From Lama glama (lineage: Eukaryota), in NCBI GenBank assembly GCA_028534125.1, contig CM052817.1, positions 2,792,001 through 2,856,000 of the forward strand: DNA of 64,000 bases. The letters run 5' to 3'. The notes beneath the pieces were generated by a model. That model saw only the letters and a list, made by a program, of their open reading frames with translations. It did no database searches and was not told the DNA's origin. Position 1 is the stretch's first letter, and each line of letters opens with the position of its first letter. This document shows positions 32,268 through 44,975 of the stretch, piece after piece. A program made the position numbers and the translations under genes.

Positions 32268-32904
32268 TTAGGCGCGGGCCAGGCGCTCTGTGGGGGGCTA
32301 TCCCACCCCCGTGAGCCCCAGCGCAAAGCCGTGGGGCCCTGGGTTCCAGCCCCATGTGCGCCACCCGTGAAACTTGGTACAGTGGCTTATCGCCCCTGAG
32401 CCCCAGTTTCTTTCCTTGTAAACAGTCGCAGGCTGACTCCATCTCACAGAGAGACGGGAGGGAAAGAGCGGTGGTACAGCCACAGCCCAGGACAGGCCGG
32501 CCCGGAACAAGCGCTCAGCAAGTGGCCCCGAGTCCCCGTGACCTCCAGCCTGACCTCTTCCCCGCCCGAGCTCCAATGGGGCATCCAGCCTCCATCAGAC
32601 AGGGCATCCCAGGACTCTCAACCCCGCATGCCCCCCAGACCGGACTCTCCTCTTTTACCATCTCCAAAGGGAGCCCCAGCCCCTGCCCCGCTCAACCAAG
32701 GACGCCTCCCTCCATCACACCCCACTGGCTCCACCTGCAAAACCAGGTGGAACCTGCCGCGGCCCCACCCCGTAGGCCTGCCTGGGCAGTGTCTTAGGCC
32801 TGGCCCTCCCTCCAAACAGTTTTCTGGTCCACAGAGACCCAGATGGTCCCCTCACAGCCAGCACTGGCTCACTGCATGACCCAGCTCCCAGCCCTCTGGG
32901 CAGT

Positions 32905-33100
32905 GCCTGCCACTGGAAATTTCTGCAGGGATGAGCGTGTTTGCTCTCTGCACGGTCCCGCACGGCAGCCACCAGCCACATGAGGCCCTGAGCTCTTAAT
33001 GTGTGGGCAGTGGCAGCGTAGGCGAGGCACTGGATTCCTTATTTTATCTGAGTTAAACGTAAGCATAACTGGCCGCACAGCTACGGTGTAGGACAGCGCG
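32905..33100. mobile_element. MER3-like hAT-Charlie DNA transposon relic
   Basis: ttctgcagggatgag...gcagccaccagccacatg...ttattttat...ggacagcgc. Confidence 0.55.
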
Positions 33101-34477
33101 GCTGCCGCGGTTTCCCATCTCAGGAGGAACAAAGTGCAAACCCTTTCCACTCATTTGCTGGCACAGCCTGAGCCTCTGCCCTGCTCCTCCCCACCTTCCA
33201 CCTCTTCCCTCCCTCCCTCCTAGCCTGTGGCCTTCTCTCTGCCACCCTGAAACATGAAGGCATTCCCGCATGCCACCTGCCCCAGGGCCTTTGCACTCAC
33301 CATATCCTCTCCCAGACCCACTCCTGGCCTGGTTGGCTGCCCTATGACTCAGATCTCAGCTCAAATGTCCCCTGTCTACCCCCCACCAGTTTCCCTGAGA
33401 GGCCTCCTGGCCACAGGGATGCCCAGAGCATGGGCTGTTCCAAAGCTGGGGAGGAGAGTGGGAGAGAAGGAGAGGGGGTGGAGAGAAGAGAGGGGGAAGA
33501 GGGAGGGAGAGGAAGAGGGATAGAATGGGTGGGGGTGGGGGTAGGGACAGACTTTTCATACCCTCTGAATAAGCCCTGCACCTGCCTTAGAACTTTCTAG
33601 CTAGGGGACCCTGGAGCAGACATCTTCAGCCTCTCCCGGGGCGGACAGGGCCAGGGGCAGGACAGCATGGAGACTTCTGGGATCTGGAATCAAGCCCCTC
33701 CCCCAGCAGGAAGCCTGGCCCAGTGTTTTCCAACCAGTTCTAAGATGTGACCCCTCCTATAATCTGCCTCAGTGCTCACAGCCCTGAGCGTCCCCAGTGA
33801 CCAGAGGCAGCACTGACCACCCGGAAGGAAGGCTGGAGGCCATGTGGCCATTGAGGCAAAGGTGAGCCTCCAACAAAGCTGGGGTCTCTGTGTCCCCTGC
33901 AGCTGGAACTCGGAGGGGGGGCCTCCAGGGTAACAGCCTCCTACTGCCTCCCCACGTCGGCATCCTGCAGGAGGCCCTCCCTGGAAGCGGATCCATGGAT
34001 GCCTCTCCCGAGGGCCCCTCCCAACCCCCTGTCCCACCGCTTACAGTGGGGACCACGTCCCACCTCGGCCCCTCCCCAGGGTGTCTCTCGTGGAGTCTCA
34101 CTTCCCCTGCATGGGGCTTCCAGGGCCATGCCCTCTCCTTTGGGCAGATGCAAACACAGAGCCCAGGGGAGCCCTTCACCAGTGCGGGTGAACCCCAACT
34201 TTCTGATCCCAAGTGCAAATGCAGAGTCCCTACCCCAGACCACCGCCTCAGAGCCTGGGTGTGACCTGGTGTCAGCACTAGCAAGCCCCCGACAACAGCA
34301 GTCTCACGGCTGAAAGTCGGGGGCTGCATTGCTGAAGCCTGGGTCAGACATTCCTGAGCGGGACAGTCGAGGCCCAGAGGAAGGGGAGAGAAAGAAGGGG
34401 GTTTGCCCGGGAGCCCCACATTCACAGCCCAGCCCAGATTAAACCCTGCAGAGTGGTGCAGCACTGAGGACGTCCAC

Positions 34478-34552
34478 CTGTGGGGTGCGATCCCATCTGG
34501 CCGGGAGGGGGCGTGGCAGCCGGCTGAGAGGCACCCGGGGCAGCGGCAGCGT
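34478..34552 (-). CDS. SH3TC1: SH3TC1 exon 3: DAAAAPGASQPAATPPPGQMGSHPT
   Basis: Acceptor ctcttttacag|AC, donor G|gtggac; 75 nt, phase 1-1. Similar to recalled human ...PPCQMGVYPT. Confidence 0.85.
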
Positions 34553-34737
34553 CTGTAAAAGAGCAGGGTCCTGTGGTCAAAGTGTGGGCAGGCAGGCGAC
34601 TCTCAGGCACACAGGCGCTGCACCCCGGGATGTTTCTGGAAGAAAGGTGTGTTCATACCCCTGCAAACCACAGCTCACACCCTTCCTCCAAGGTGACAGA
34701 ACACGACGAGGTCAGCAGGCTGCAAGTTTCCTGTTGT

Positions 34738-35070
34738 GCTGTGACCAGTAACCCATGTTACTGTGTCATCTTGATTTTCTGGGTTTGAGAAGGGTCTCGC
34801 TGGTCAAAGTCAGTGTGTCGGCAGGGCTGGCTCCTTTGGGAGGCTCCAGGGAGAATCCGTGTCCTGGCTTCTCCAGCTCCTAGAGGTGCCCGCATTCCTT
34901 GGCTTGCGGCCCCTCCTCCATCTCCAAAGCCGGCATCCCAGCATCCTCCGCCTCTGACCCCCATCTAAGATCCATGCTCCCATCCACAGTCTCCTTGGCC
35001 ATGGGAGGACATATGCATGCACAGGTTCTGGGGATCAGGATGTGGACATCTTTGGGGATGAGTATTCTGC
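34738..35070 (-). mobile_element. MLT1 solo LTR
   Basis: gtgtcggcagggctgg; ggaggctccagggagaatcc; ccagctcctagagg; caggttctggggatcaggatgtggacatctttgggg. Confidence 0.75.
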
Positions 35071-35569
35071 TGACCGCAGAGGAGGGGTGACAGTCCAGAG
35101 GGAACTTGGGGTCTGGGGTGGATGGGGCTGCATGGTGGATCAAGCTGGACCAGCCACTCACTGGGGGTGCCACGTGTCCTCTCGGCCTTGGGTGAGACCA
35201 CAGCCTGGTGAGGCTTGGTGTGATAACCCAAAGTGCAGGGGCAGAGGGGCTCCCAGGGGCCTGAGCAGAGGACCGGCTGCTGAACCCTGAGTGGCAACTC
35301 TGTCCTCTGCTGGTCGTCCCTATATCCCAGCCTCCAGCCTCGAGGCCAGCTCACAGTTGGTATCTGGGCCAGGGGCTTCCCCAACCGCTGTCTCTGCCCT
35401 GCTCCATTTCCTTGTCTGTAAAATGGGATGAACGATTGGGGCCTTAGGATCAAGGGAGATCTGATGTGGAAACACCCATGGCTGCAGCAGGAGGTGCTGA
35501 ACCTCAGTGCAGCGTCTTCATCGCCCTGGGACCTCCTCTCGTGGTCCCAGAAAGTAGGACATGCTCAGA

Positions 35570-36520
35570 GGATATTGGAGACACATCACAGGACTGAATC
35601 ACAGCAAAATAATGACAGCAACTGATACAGTCCAGAGGATAAACTAAAGACCTCTGAGCCCACAGGAAGATAAATAAATGAGTGACGGGCGGGGGAGCAG
35701 CTCTCTGCTACAGTGGAAAGTCCACTAATCCACACAGAGGGGACACAGGGCTGGAAGTCACCATCGAGCAGCCATCATCACACTGCGGTTTCCGTCCAGA
35801 ACCGAGCATGGATGAAAAGAACTAGTGCCGTCCCAGTTTGAAGAGGAACAGCATATCCACAAGGTCCCCAAGCACCTTCCCACGGGCTCCTTCCTCATGA
35901 CCGGGAGGAGAGATGGCTTTATGGTGGGGGAAACTGCCGAACGTCCCCTTAATCAAGTGATTGCCCTGAGACGTGGACATCGCCAGGGACCGGCCAGATG
36001 GATGTCGCAGCCTCCTGGCCGGCTGCACGAGAGGGACACCTCACTTCCGGGGGTTTCTGCGCGGGGCACCGCCCGCACTCCTGCCTGCCACAGGATAACT
36101 GGCCCGTCGTCTTCAAAGAATCACCCTCCAGGTTAAACGACCCCGCAGACACATGCCCACAGAACACACGGCCTGGCCAAGGTTTCCTTTTGCTGTAAAG
36201 GCCATTATGGGGCCAGATGCAGGACCTGAACGAGGTCTGTAAATTAGATAACAGTGTTTTGTAAAGCAGGAAGTAACTTTGAAATCACTGCACTGTGGCT
36301 CTGTAAGAGCAGTTCCTGGTTTTAGGAAATATACACGCCAAAGTACTTGTGAGAGAAAGGGGCAACATTTCTGCAATTTACTCTTAAAACTACCCTGAAA
36401 AAAATATGTAAATACAGAAAGAAAGCAAATGTGAAATGTTAACGTTTGAGGAATCTGGGTGAGGGCAGATGGAAATGTTTGTATTATTTCTTGCAACTTT
36501 CGTGGCCAATTTGCAAAAGA
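35570..36520 (+). mobile_element. L1MC-like 3' region
   Basis: ccttaatcaagtgat; tttaggaaatatacac; gaatctgggtgaggg...tattatttcttgcaacttt. Confidence 0.65.
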
Positions 36521-37836
36521 AGCCGAAAGGTGGATGTGGTGAGAGTCCACTGGCCACATGGCTCGTGGCTGGCACGCCTGAGGAGACCGGAGGAGCTCCC
36601 TGATGCCGCTGCCCGGGCTCCCAGCCAGGTCGTGGAGCTGCTAGGGCGGGAAACACCTAGCAACCCGGTCAGGGTGCTTTGGCTCGGCCGCAGCACCAGC
36701 CCGCAGGGATCCTGCGCTCTAGGAGGGGGCCCTGCCTGCACTGGCTGCCCCGTGGGAGGCTGGTCCCACTCGTGTGTACCCAGCAGGACCCAGCAGGTCC
36801 CAGCTCCTCCATCCCGTGCTGCCGTGCTCTGGGGGGCCAACCCCGTGGGACCCCCAGGCCAGGCCTCCATAGCTCCTAGGAGCCCCTCTTCCAGGCCAGA
36901 CAGGTGTCCGACGACAGGCACTGCCACCCACGAGGGACACCCCAGCCCTCTCCATCTCCGCTTAAGCCCGGAAAGACCAAGAAAACAGGGGTAAAGATTC
37001 CTCCGACCACCAAGCACGCACCATGCCGGGCTCCGGGCCAGGCACCGAGCATGAGGCTTTGTTTCCGTTCTCCCAAAGCATCCATCATTGATCATTCAGA
37101 TATTCACCGGGCATCTGCTGTGTGCCAAGCCCAGACCCCCAGTGGGCAACTAAGCAGGTGGCCAGGAGGAAGGTGGACAATGTGACAGTGGGAAGCCTGG
37201 GGAGGGGCAGGAGGGCAAAGTGTCCTGGCTCGAGGAGGAGCCTGGGCCCACCTCAGCCTTCCCCCTCCCTTCCTCCCTCCCCTCCTCCAGGACCCTAGGA
37301 GGTACAGAGTGGCCACCCCTCAGGTTTCCTGGGGGGAAATTGAGGCCCAAGTTGACAAACAGGATCAGAACCAGGTCCGCCGGCAGCCAGCCCAGGCTTG
37401 CATCCCTGCACGACCCCTCCTGTGCGCACCTGGGCTGGCCAGGTGGGCTGCGGCCCTGCCCCCATCACTGCCCTCATCCTCCTCCACCCAGGAAGTAATC
37501 CTGCCCAAGGCCTGGCCCAGGCACTGGTCCCTTCTCCTCCCTGGGCCTCCTAGGGGAATGTCCTGTCCTGCGTAATCCAAGGGTTCACATCCTGAGGACA
37601 AAGCAGGACTATGGGAACACAAAGTTGTACAAGAGCTATAAAGTCGCCTAGGACTGCATTTCTAGAATTTCCACCCTCTGCCCCTCTCTCCGTGCCCTGG
37701 AGAGGCACAAGGTAGGCCCCGTCTCCCGTGAGCCCTCCCTGGGCGCTGTACTCTCTGCACGCTCGCGGCCAGTGCAGACCCCCAGCTCCGTCCTGGGCGG
37801 GGCGGACGGTGGGGTGGACAGGCACGCCACACTCAC

Positions 37837-38005
37837 CCTCTCTGACCGTGGCCTTGGCCTCCTCGGGCCCTGCTCGCTCCCAGACGACCGACGCGCTCAC
37901 AGGCACTCTCTGGACCTCACTGCCGCCGCTGCCTCCTGAGGGTCCTGCCGGCCCTCTCCCCTTCGGGGCTGGCTCCTCAGAGGCCACCTCCGCCAGGCCC
38001 TTCAT
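37837..38005 (-). CDS. SH3TC1: SH3TC1 first coding exon (exon 2): MKGLAEVASEEPAPKGRGPAGPSGG...WERAGPEEAKATVRE
   Basis: ATG at 38005-38003 (ccagtcATG, G at -3). Resembles the recalled human N-terminus (EEPTPMGRGPVGPSGG...WEKAGPEEAKAPVR). Donor G|gtgagt at 37837/37836; 169 nt, phase 1. Confidence 0.88.
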
Positions 38006-41000
38006 GACTGGTGGTGGCCTCAATGCCAAGGACTCTGCATGCCAGGCTGGCCTCTGTGGAGAAAGCAGAGGGCGGTGTCAGCAGTGACTTGCCTGGTGGA
38101 CCCATGGGCATCCTTCCAGGCCTTTACTTTCTCTCCAGACTGCACGAGCCCACCAGGAACAGGCTCTGGGAGACATGTGCCGACGTTTGCTTCCAGCTAG
38201 GCGTCCTTACGGGCGGGTGGGGTGCCTGTTCTTGCTCAGCAAGGGACCCCAAGGAAACAGCTCAGAGCCTGGCGCGTGGAGGCTTCGGAGCGCCATAAAG
38301 GCTGTGTTGGGACACCCCTGGGGCCATGGTTTAGGGATAAGCCCACCTCACGTCCCCCCCAGCGAGAAGTCAGGAATGACGTCCCCAGAGGCAACACATC
38401 TCCCGAGAGAAGGCTGTCCAGTTCTGTTCCCCCCAGGGCTCAGCTGCGCTGTGCTTTTAGCCTCGGGTTCCCAGGAGGTCCTGCTGCTCCTCATAAACAA
38501 CCTCTGCGGCCAGAGTGGCGCAGGGGGCTCCTTGTCTCTCGCTGGAAGAGGCCTGCTCTCCAGCTGAGTCCCCGGAAGGAGCGTCGTCCAGTTTCACAGG
38601 AAATGGGCCGGGTCCCAGGCTACCCCGGGCAGGCAGGAAGCAGGTGGCAGAGGGCAGGAAAAAAGGAAGTGGCCGAAGCGGAACCAGCCCCTGCTCCCCA
38701 CACCCGGGGGGCCCCCCCGGGTCTCCCCCCAAGAGCTGAGCATTACGCATCAATCTTTCCTGGGGTCAGGGATGAGTGAGGGCCCTTACGACCGGCCAGA
38801 CGATGCTCCCAGAGTCAGGGGCTTTGTCACCAATTGAAGGACACAGGAGGACACAGAGCATCCTTTGGGGCCTGGAACACAGGCAAGTGTGACAGGGAGG
38901 GCGGGCCGTGCAGCCTCGGTTGGGGCTGAGGAGCACAGAGGCCCACCCCTAGCCACAGCCACAGGGAAAGGGACTAACCACGCCCCAGCTCAGCTTCCGC
39001 CTCGAGGACAGAGGGGACAAGGAACGGACCTGCTAACTCACACAGAGGGTGAGGGTTAGGGTCTCACTGTTCTCTGATGATTGTCGGTGAGATTTCAGCT
39101 CCAAACCCAGGCTGGGCCAGCAGGAATCCCCTCTGCACAGGGCAGGACACAGGGGGCAACAGGAGAGCCCACCCCCAAACTCCCTTTCTGGGGACAAAAC
39201 TGCAAACTGATAGGCAGGTCTGACCTCCTCCAGACTCACTCGCTCTCGGGGCGGGTTCTGGGGGGTCAGGCACCCAGGGGCAGACCCAGGGAACTCCAGG
39301 CCAGCAGCGCAGGGCTCAGAGCCCAGATGTACCCACCCGCCCTGGACCACCCAAGAGCCCCCGGGCCAGTCTCCCAGCTCTACCCTGGTCCCTGCAGCAG
39401 AGAGCGGGCAGGAGACAGGAGGTGGGTGGGAGCAGCTGTCTAGCTGTCAAGACACCACGGGACTAAGGTCTGGGGCACAGGACAGGCTCACAGGCTGTTC
39501 CAGAAGAGGCAGGAGGCCCCACGGCACTGAGAGCCCCGTGAAGGCAGAGAGAAGTCCCTGGAGCATGTTCAACCCAGGGAAGGGGCTCCATTCTATCCCT
39601 CGAGAGGTTGGTTCCAGCACTTGTGCAGAAAGAGAAGAAGAGGAGAGGTGGGAGGTGGGACGTGCCATGGGCCCTTGGGTTTATTTCCCTGCCTTGAGTT
39701 TTCACCACAATAAGGGGAGCTGGACCCTCATTAGACCCAGGAAATAATATTTTCAGAACGACTTATGGAGCCCAGTTCCCTCCAGCTCCTGCCCCTACCC
39801 TCTCTCCAGGCTTCCGTCCAAGAGCCAGCCCAGCTTGAGGACCAGACATGGATCCAGGACAGCAGCGAGTCTCCGCAGGCTCCCAGTGAGCCTCAGACAC
39901 GAGTATTTGTCACCACCTGCATGTACCAGCTGCCTCGGCCAGGTTCACTGCAGCCAGCAGAGAAAGCACGTCACCCACGTTACAGATGGGGAAGCCGGGA
40001 CCCTGGGAGGCGGACAACTGACTCCCCCAGCACACACACTCCTGCACGCAGATACACACTCACACCCCTCCCCCACACCCGCATCTCCATGCCCAGGGTC
40101 CCTAGCTTTAAAAAGGAAAAAAACACAGAAGCTCACACCAAAACAACCAGCTCCTACTGGCCATCCTGCTGCCTCTGGGTGTCTCCTAGCTGCCCGCTTG
40201 GTCCTCGGCTGGGGAGACGGGCCACAGCCACGCTGCTCCCTGGAGACACCAGCAATCCCTCGGAGACGCTCTGTGTGGGGCAAGGAGTGTCTCACCCGGG
40301 TGGGGGCGCCGGGGCGGGCAGGGGGCAGATGTGCAGCCCAGACCCACTCCCCGCTGGGTCCTGCTGACTCCCAGAACTGACTTTGGCCCTGAGCTCATCC
40401 CGGGCCCAGGCCCCTCCATCATCACCTCTGCCTGCAGGATCGAGAGGTCAGACCCCAACAAACCCTTGCTGACCCCTACTCTGTGGCCAGCTCTGTGCGG
40501 GCGGTGGGCACAGAGGAGGAGGACTGCTGTGACTGGGGATGTGGACATGAACAATTTAGTGCGGGTTCCACGTGGCAAGCTCCGGGAAGGGAAGAGTGTC
40601 TCCTAACCCCAGCGGTGGAGGGAAGGGAGCCCGACAGTCAGGAAGGCCCCCCCTGGGGGAGACAGGAACCGTGAATGGGGGGGAACACGTAGGGGGAAAG
40701 GGAGGGGAGGTGGGGCGGCCATCCAGTGAGACCGCAGCAGGTCCAGGCAGAGCCGGGAGACAGCCAGAGGCCTGCCGACCATCCCAGGGGGTCAGTGCTG
40801 ACCAGGAGAAATGTGAACCTCAGAAAGGCCACACAGCTATGCATCCGCGGAGGCCAGACCCCCCGGCTCTGAATGCCAGGGGAGGAGGCCTACCCCCGCA
40901 ACCTGCTCTCCTCCCGAGTCCCTGGACAGGACATCCAGGGACTGGTGGCTTGGTGCCGTGCCCACCCTCTTTCTCAGCCCCTAGGGATCCCAGGCTGGGG

Positions 41001-42940
41001 CACTTCTGCGAGCCACTCCCCACACCCGATGCGCCCAGCCCAGCTGCCCAGTGTCCTTTTGTCCCCAAGGCCTCTGTGCACTGGACTCCGGAGGGCACCC
41101 CTCTGATGTCAGGCGAATGGTAGCCACTCCGACGGCAGCTCAGGGAGCTGCCTCACCTCCCAGGGTCCTTGGGACGACATTGAGGGGAGCCTAAGCCCAC
41201 AGGGCTGTCGCCAGGCCCACTTCCTCGCCAACCCTCCCTTGCAGATGCAAGAGAGGGCCCAGGGATGGGGACGGCCTGCTTTAGTTCGTCACAGCTGTCT
41301 CTGGCCTGCTTTCTCCTGAACTAGCATAACTTCTAAAATGGACTTAACACAGAAGCAGGAATGGCCGTGTTTCTGGGCAGAAATACTCCGGTTTCCCTGT
41401 GTATGGCTCAGTCCCAAACAGCCCTGTGCCTCAGAGAAAAGGCAGGAGGTGGGCTGCCTGCTCCTCCATGGGGACCCGCACGGCCCGTGCAGCCAGCGGC
41501 TGGCGAGGCCATAGCAGCAGCACAAAGCCGCCACCCCCGCCCCCCGCCCACTGCTCCAGCTGTGACCTGGTCCCCTCCCCCAACCACCTCTGAAGGCCAG
41601 AGCTGGGGGTGGGCACCCGGCCCCAAGGGAAACCCCTGGGACCCTGGCACCCTTCCAGGCAGGGAGGAGGGAGCGGGCTGGAGGCTGCTCACGTTTCCAG
41701 AGGAAGCAGCTGCCCTGGCCGGCGGGTTCCAGGAATTCTGCACGCGGCCCTGTTAAATGGCCTGACGTCGTGTCAACCCCTGGTGCCTCGTACGCCCTGT
41801 CTCCTGGTCCCAGGTGCCGTCCCCACCCCTGTCTCACATGAAGACCTCCAGGCACCCTTCAGAATGCAGCTCTGTCTGTCTGGCCTCCCTCCCCGGCTCC
41901 CAGCCAAGCCGGCGTCCGCGTCCTTCCCCTCTGCACTCTGGAAGCAGCGATCCCCGCACGTGTGGTGGAGCACATGCCGGCCTGGGCTCAGGGGGCCGCC
42001 AGGACCAGGACGCACGTGGCGTCCTGGCAGCTCTGCTCTTTCGAAGCATCTCAGTGGAACACTGGGATCCGTCATCCTGTTCGGGTTCTGCTTGTGAGTC
42101 TCCAGCCCCTCCCTGGGCCCCCCTCCCTGCTCTGTAGCCAGGCATCTCTGCACGACGGGCCACATTCAGGGTGTCTGCCTCTCTCCTCCCCCACCTCCCC
42201 ACCGCCAGCCTCCGCCCAAGTCAGGACCTGCCCATTGGCGCCTCGCCTGCATCTGGGGCCCATGGGCCTGCCCCTAGTGGCTCAGGGACGGTTTCCTGAG
42301 AAAAGGGGAGGCCTCAGGGCTCAGGGGATTTCCCACCCGCTCAGTGAGGGCCCTGCCCACCAGGCGGGGCTGCTGGTGACAGCGTGGGTTTCCTAGTCAC
42401 AGCCGGCATGAGGAAGTGGTCTCTCTCCCCGGGAGGGTCCCTCCACCAGGTTCCTAAAATGGCCTTGCTCAGCTGAACAGGCACCAGCTCCCAGCTGCAG
42501 GAGGGGCCGCCCGGACCACAGCCGGCAAGGGTCCAGGCCTCCCGTGGGCAGCCCTGCGGAGGCTCGGGGACTCTCTTTCCCTCCTCACTCTGGTGGGTCA
42601 GAAACAGGCTTCAGGCCCCAGCTAGCACCCAGCCCTCAGGGACGGGAGTTTGGCTCGAGAACGCTGAGGCCTGGGCTCAGTGGGCCAGGAGGCCGCCCTG
42701 ACCCCCGGAGGATAAGAATGAAATAGATCAGCAGCTACATGGAGGTCAGTGGATCAAAGGGTGCGGCCCTGGGTTACAGCTGGCGTGTGTTAAGTGTGGG
42801 TGGAAGAAGGGAGGAGATGGTTTGGGGAGGCCTGGCCGGAGCTCTCTCTGGACCCAAACGGGTCTCTCTCGAGGACCCAAGCAGACCTCGCCCACCTCAC
42901 CAGGAGGCACCTCTTGTGGGCTGTCTGGTCACCCCCTGGC

Positions 42941-43310
42941 CTGGGGTGAGCAGTGTCCCTCAGATTCATGTCCGCCCGTAACCTCAGAACGTGTTCTTAC
43001 CTGGAAATGGGGTCTTTGCAGCTGAGGCTAAGAGGAGGTCACCTTGGACTGGGTCCTTATAAGAAGAGGAGGGACACAAGAGACACTGAGGGATGCCGTG
43101 TGAGGACAGAGGCAGAGACTAGGGGGATGCGCCCACAGCCCACAAGCCGCCAGGAGCTAAAGAGGCAGGAAGGACCCTCCCCGCAGCCCCCGGGGGCTGC
43201 TCCCTGCTCACACCTGGGCTTCAGACTTCTGGCCCCCAGAACTGGAAGGGAACACACTTCTGTTGTTTGAAGCCCCCGGCTGGCGGCACTTTGCCGCAGC
43301 AGCCCCGGCT
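42941..43310 (+). mobile_element. MLT1 solo LTR
   Basis: cctcagaacgtg; ggaaatggggtctttgcag; ccttataagaagagg; gaggcagagact; cagaactgga; ctgttgtttgaagcc. Confidence 0.75.
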
Positions 43311-44333
43311 TGGGGGTCGCCCCTTGTCCGCCGTGCCCTGATTGTCCCTGCTGTGAGGCAGATGTTTGGGGAGGGGGTTAAGTGACCTCAGGCTCATCAA
43401 ATGCTGGCACAACACCCAACTCTGGAAGCACGGTCACTACCAGGAGCCACCACCCACGGCGCTAAGTGTCCTCGCTTAGTCTACTCCACGGCCTGAGGAG
43501 CATGACGGTGCCCACTTCACAGACGGGCCATCAAGGTGCAATGAGCACTGAGCTGACTCGGCCAGGCCAGGGGGACACCCATGGGATGTGAACCCAGCGG
43601 GGTCCGAGCCCAGTCCTCGACACCCACCCTTAATCTGGGCACACCCCGCCTCAGGCCCCCGCTCAGCCCAGCCCCAGCCTCCCTGCCCCCTTACTCTCCT
43701 CGGTGGGGGGGCACATCCCAAGTTGCCGGCATCACTAACTCCCCACAGTGTCACTTTGCCTTCTGTTGTCTTTATGAAACCCTCACAGATGGGCCTGGGG
43801 CTCCCAGGCGGGTCCCTGAAGGCTAGGGGAGGGTCTCAGGCCTCTGCTGGGACCACGTGCTCAAGGCAGGACCTGGCACTAAAAGACTTGGGTCTGGGTC
43901 TCCCCTAGAACTTTCTGTTTGGGGTCACTCATCAAGTCACTTGTCTCATTTGTTGATGGAGAAGAGGGGCGGTGACCTCAGAGTGGCTGGGTCACAGCTG
44001 CAGCGCCACCCTGAGTGGGCACTTTGAGTGTCTGCCTGAGGTGACTCCAACCTAGGGTGGGGGCCCACCTGAGGCCCCTAGACCCAGAACCCTGCTTACT
44101 GGTGACATTCCCACGCCCTGTCCAGACCCTCGGGACACACTGGCTGGGTTCCCGTGTGAAGAGGGAGTCAAGTGAAATCACGGGAGCAAGTTGCTCTATC
44201 AAACCTGACAACATCACTAAAGCGGTCACTGCCGGCCACACAGCCCGGCTCCCAGCGTCCCGGCCCGTCTGCTACCCTGTGTCCACTGCCATCAGGGCCT
44301 CCCCAGATGGCTGTTCTGCTCCCTCCCAATCCC

Positions 44334-44375
44334 AAAAGGTCAGAAAAGTCTTCAAAAAGGTCAGAAAAGTCTTCA
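44334..44375. repeat. Perfect 21-bp tandem duplication
   Basis: AAAAGGTCAGAAAAGTCTTCA x2. Confidence 0.95.
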
Positions 44376-44439
44376 AGATAGTGAAAGGCAAGAGCTGACT
44401 CAGATTCAAGACCCGGCTCTGCGGATGACCCTTGCTCAG

Positions 44440-44900
44440 CCAGTCCTTGCCCCCCGACCCCCATCCAGCACCCCGTACCTGCGCCCACTCCTCAGAGGTG
44501 ACCGCAGTCACCAGATGGCTGCTCCCGGCTCCTCGCAGGCTGGCACCGCAGGCCGGCCCCGTAGGCCGTCTCCCCCAGCCAGGGCACCCACGGCCCAGCT
44601 GACTGCACAGCGGCCGCCACCGCCCCCGGCTTCCTGCCCGACTTCCTCCCTGCGCCCGGGCCGCTGGCGAGGGGCAGGCCCCGTGCGGCGGCACCGCCTC
44701 CAAGGGCCGGTTGATCATTAGCTCCGTCCTGGACCAGCTCCAGGCCTCGTCCCGCCTGCCCGCTGCCGGGCACCCAGGCTCGGAGGCAGAGGCCAGGGGC
44801 CACCCAGGCTTTCGCCTGAGCCGCCGATACTGGGGAAGTCCACCAGCTGCCCTGCCAGCCTCAGCTGTCCCTCTTCCATGTGCTACGCGCGCACACACAC
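44440..44900 (-). promoter_or_regulatory. CpG-island-like, TATA-less promoter of SH3TC1
   Basis: High CpG density; GC box at 44620-44626; tandem ETS cores at 44629-44636 and 44641-44648; HNF1-like palindrome at 44710-44722. Confidence 0.6.
44479..44610 (-). other. SH3TC1: Candidate non-coding exon 1 of SH3TC1 (5' end approximate)
   Basis: Donor CAG|gtacgg at 44479/44478 inside a CpG-dense block about 6.4 kb upstream of exon 2; no ATG in the segment. Confidence 0.6.
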
Positions 44901-44975
44901 ACACGCACACGCACCCGCACACATGCACGGGCATGCACAGGAGGACATGCGCATGCACTCACGTGCACAGGCATA
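44886..44975. repeat. Alternating purine-pyrimidine (CA/CG)n tract upstream of the promoter
   Basis: cgcgcgcacacacacacacgcacacgcac...acatgcgcatgcac. Confidence 0.85.

Noticed and set aside
33177..33546. Pyrimidine tract followed by a purine tract as a hairpin, triplex or G4 element
   Set aside because: Low-complexity sequence around an apparent L2 relic, with no exact long complementarity seen.
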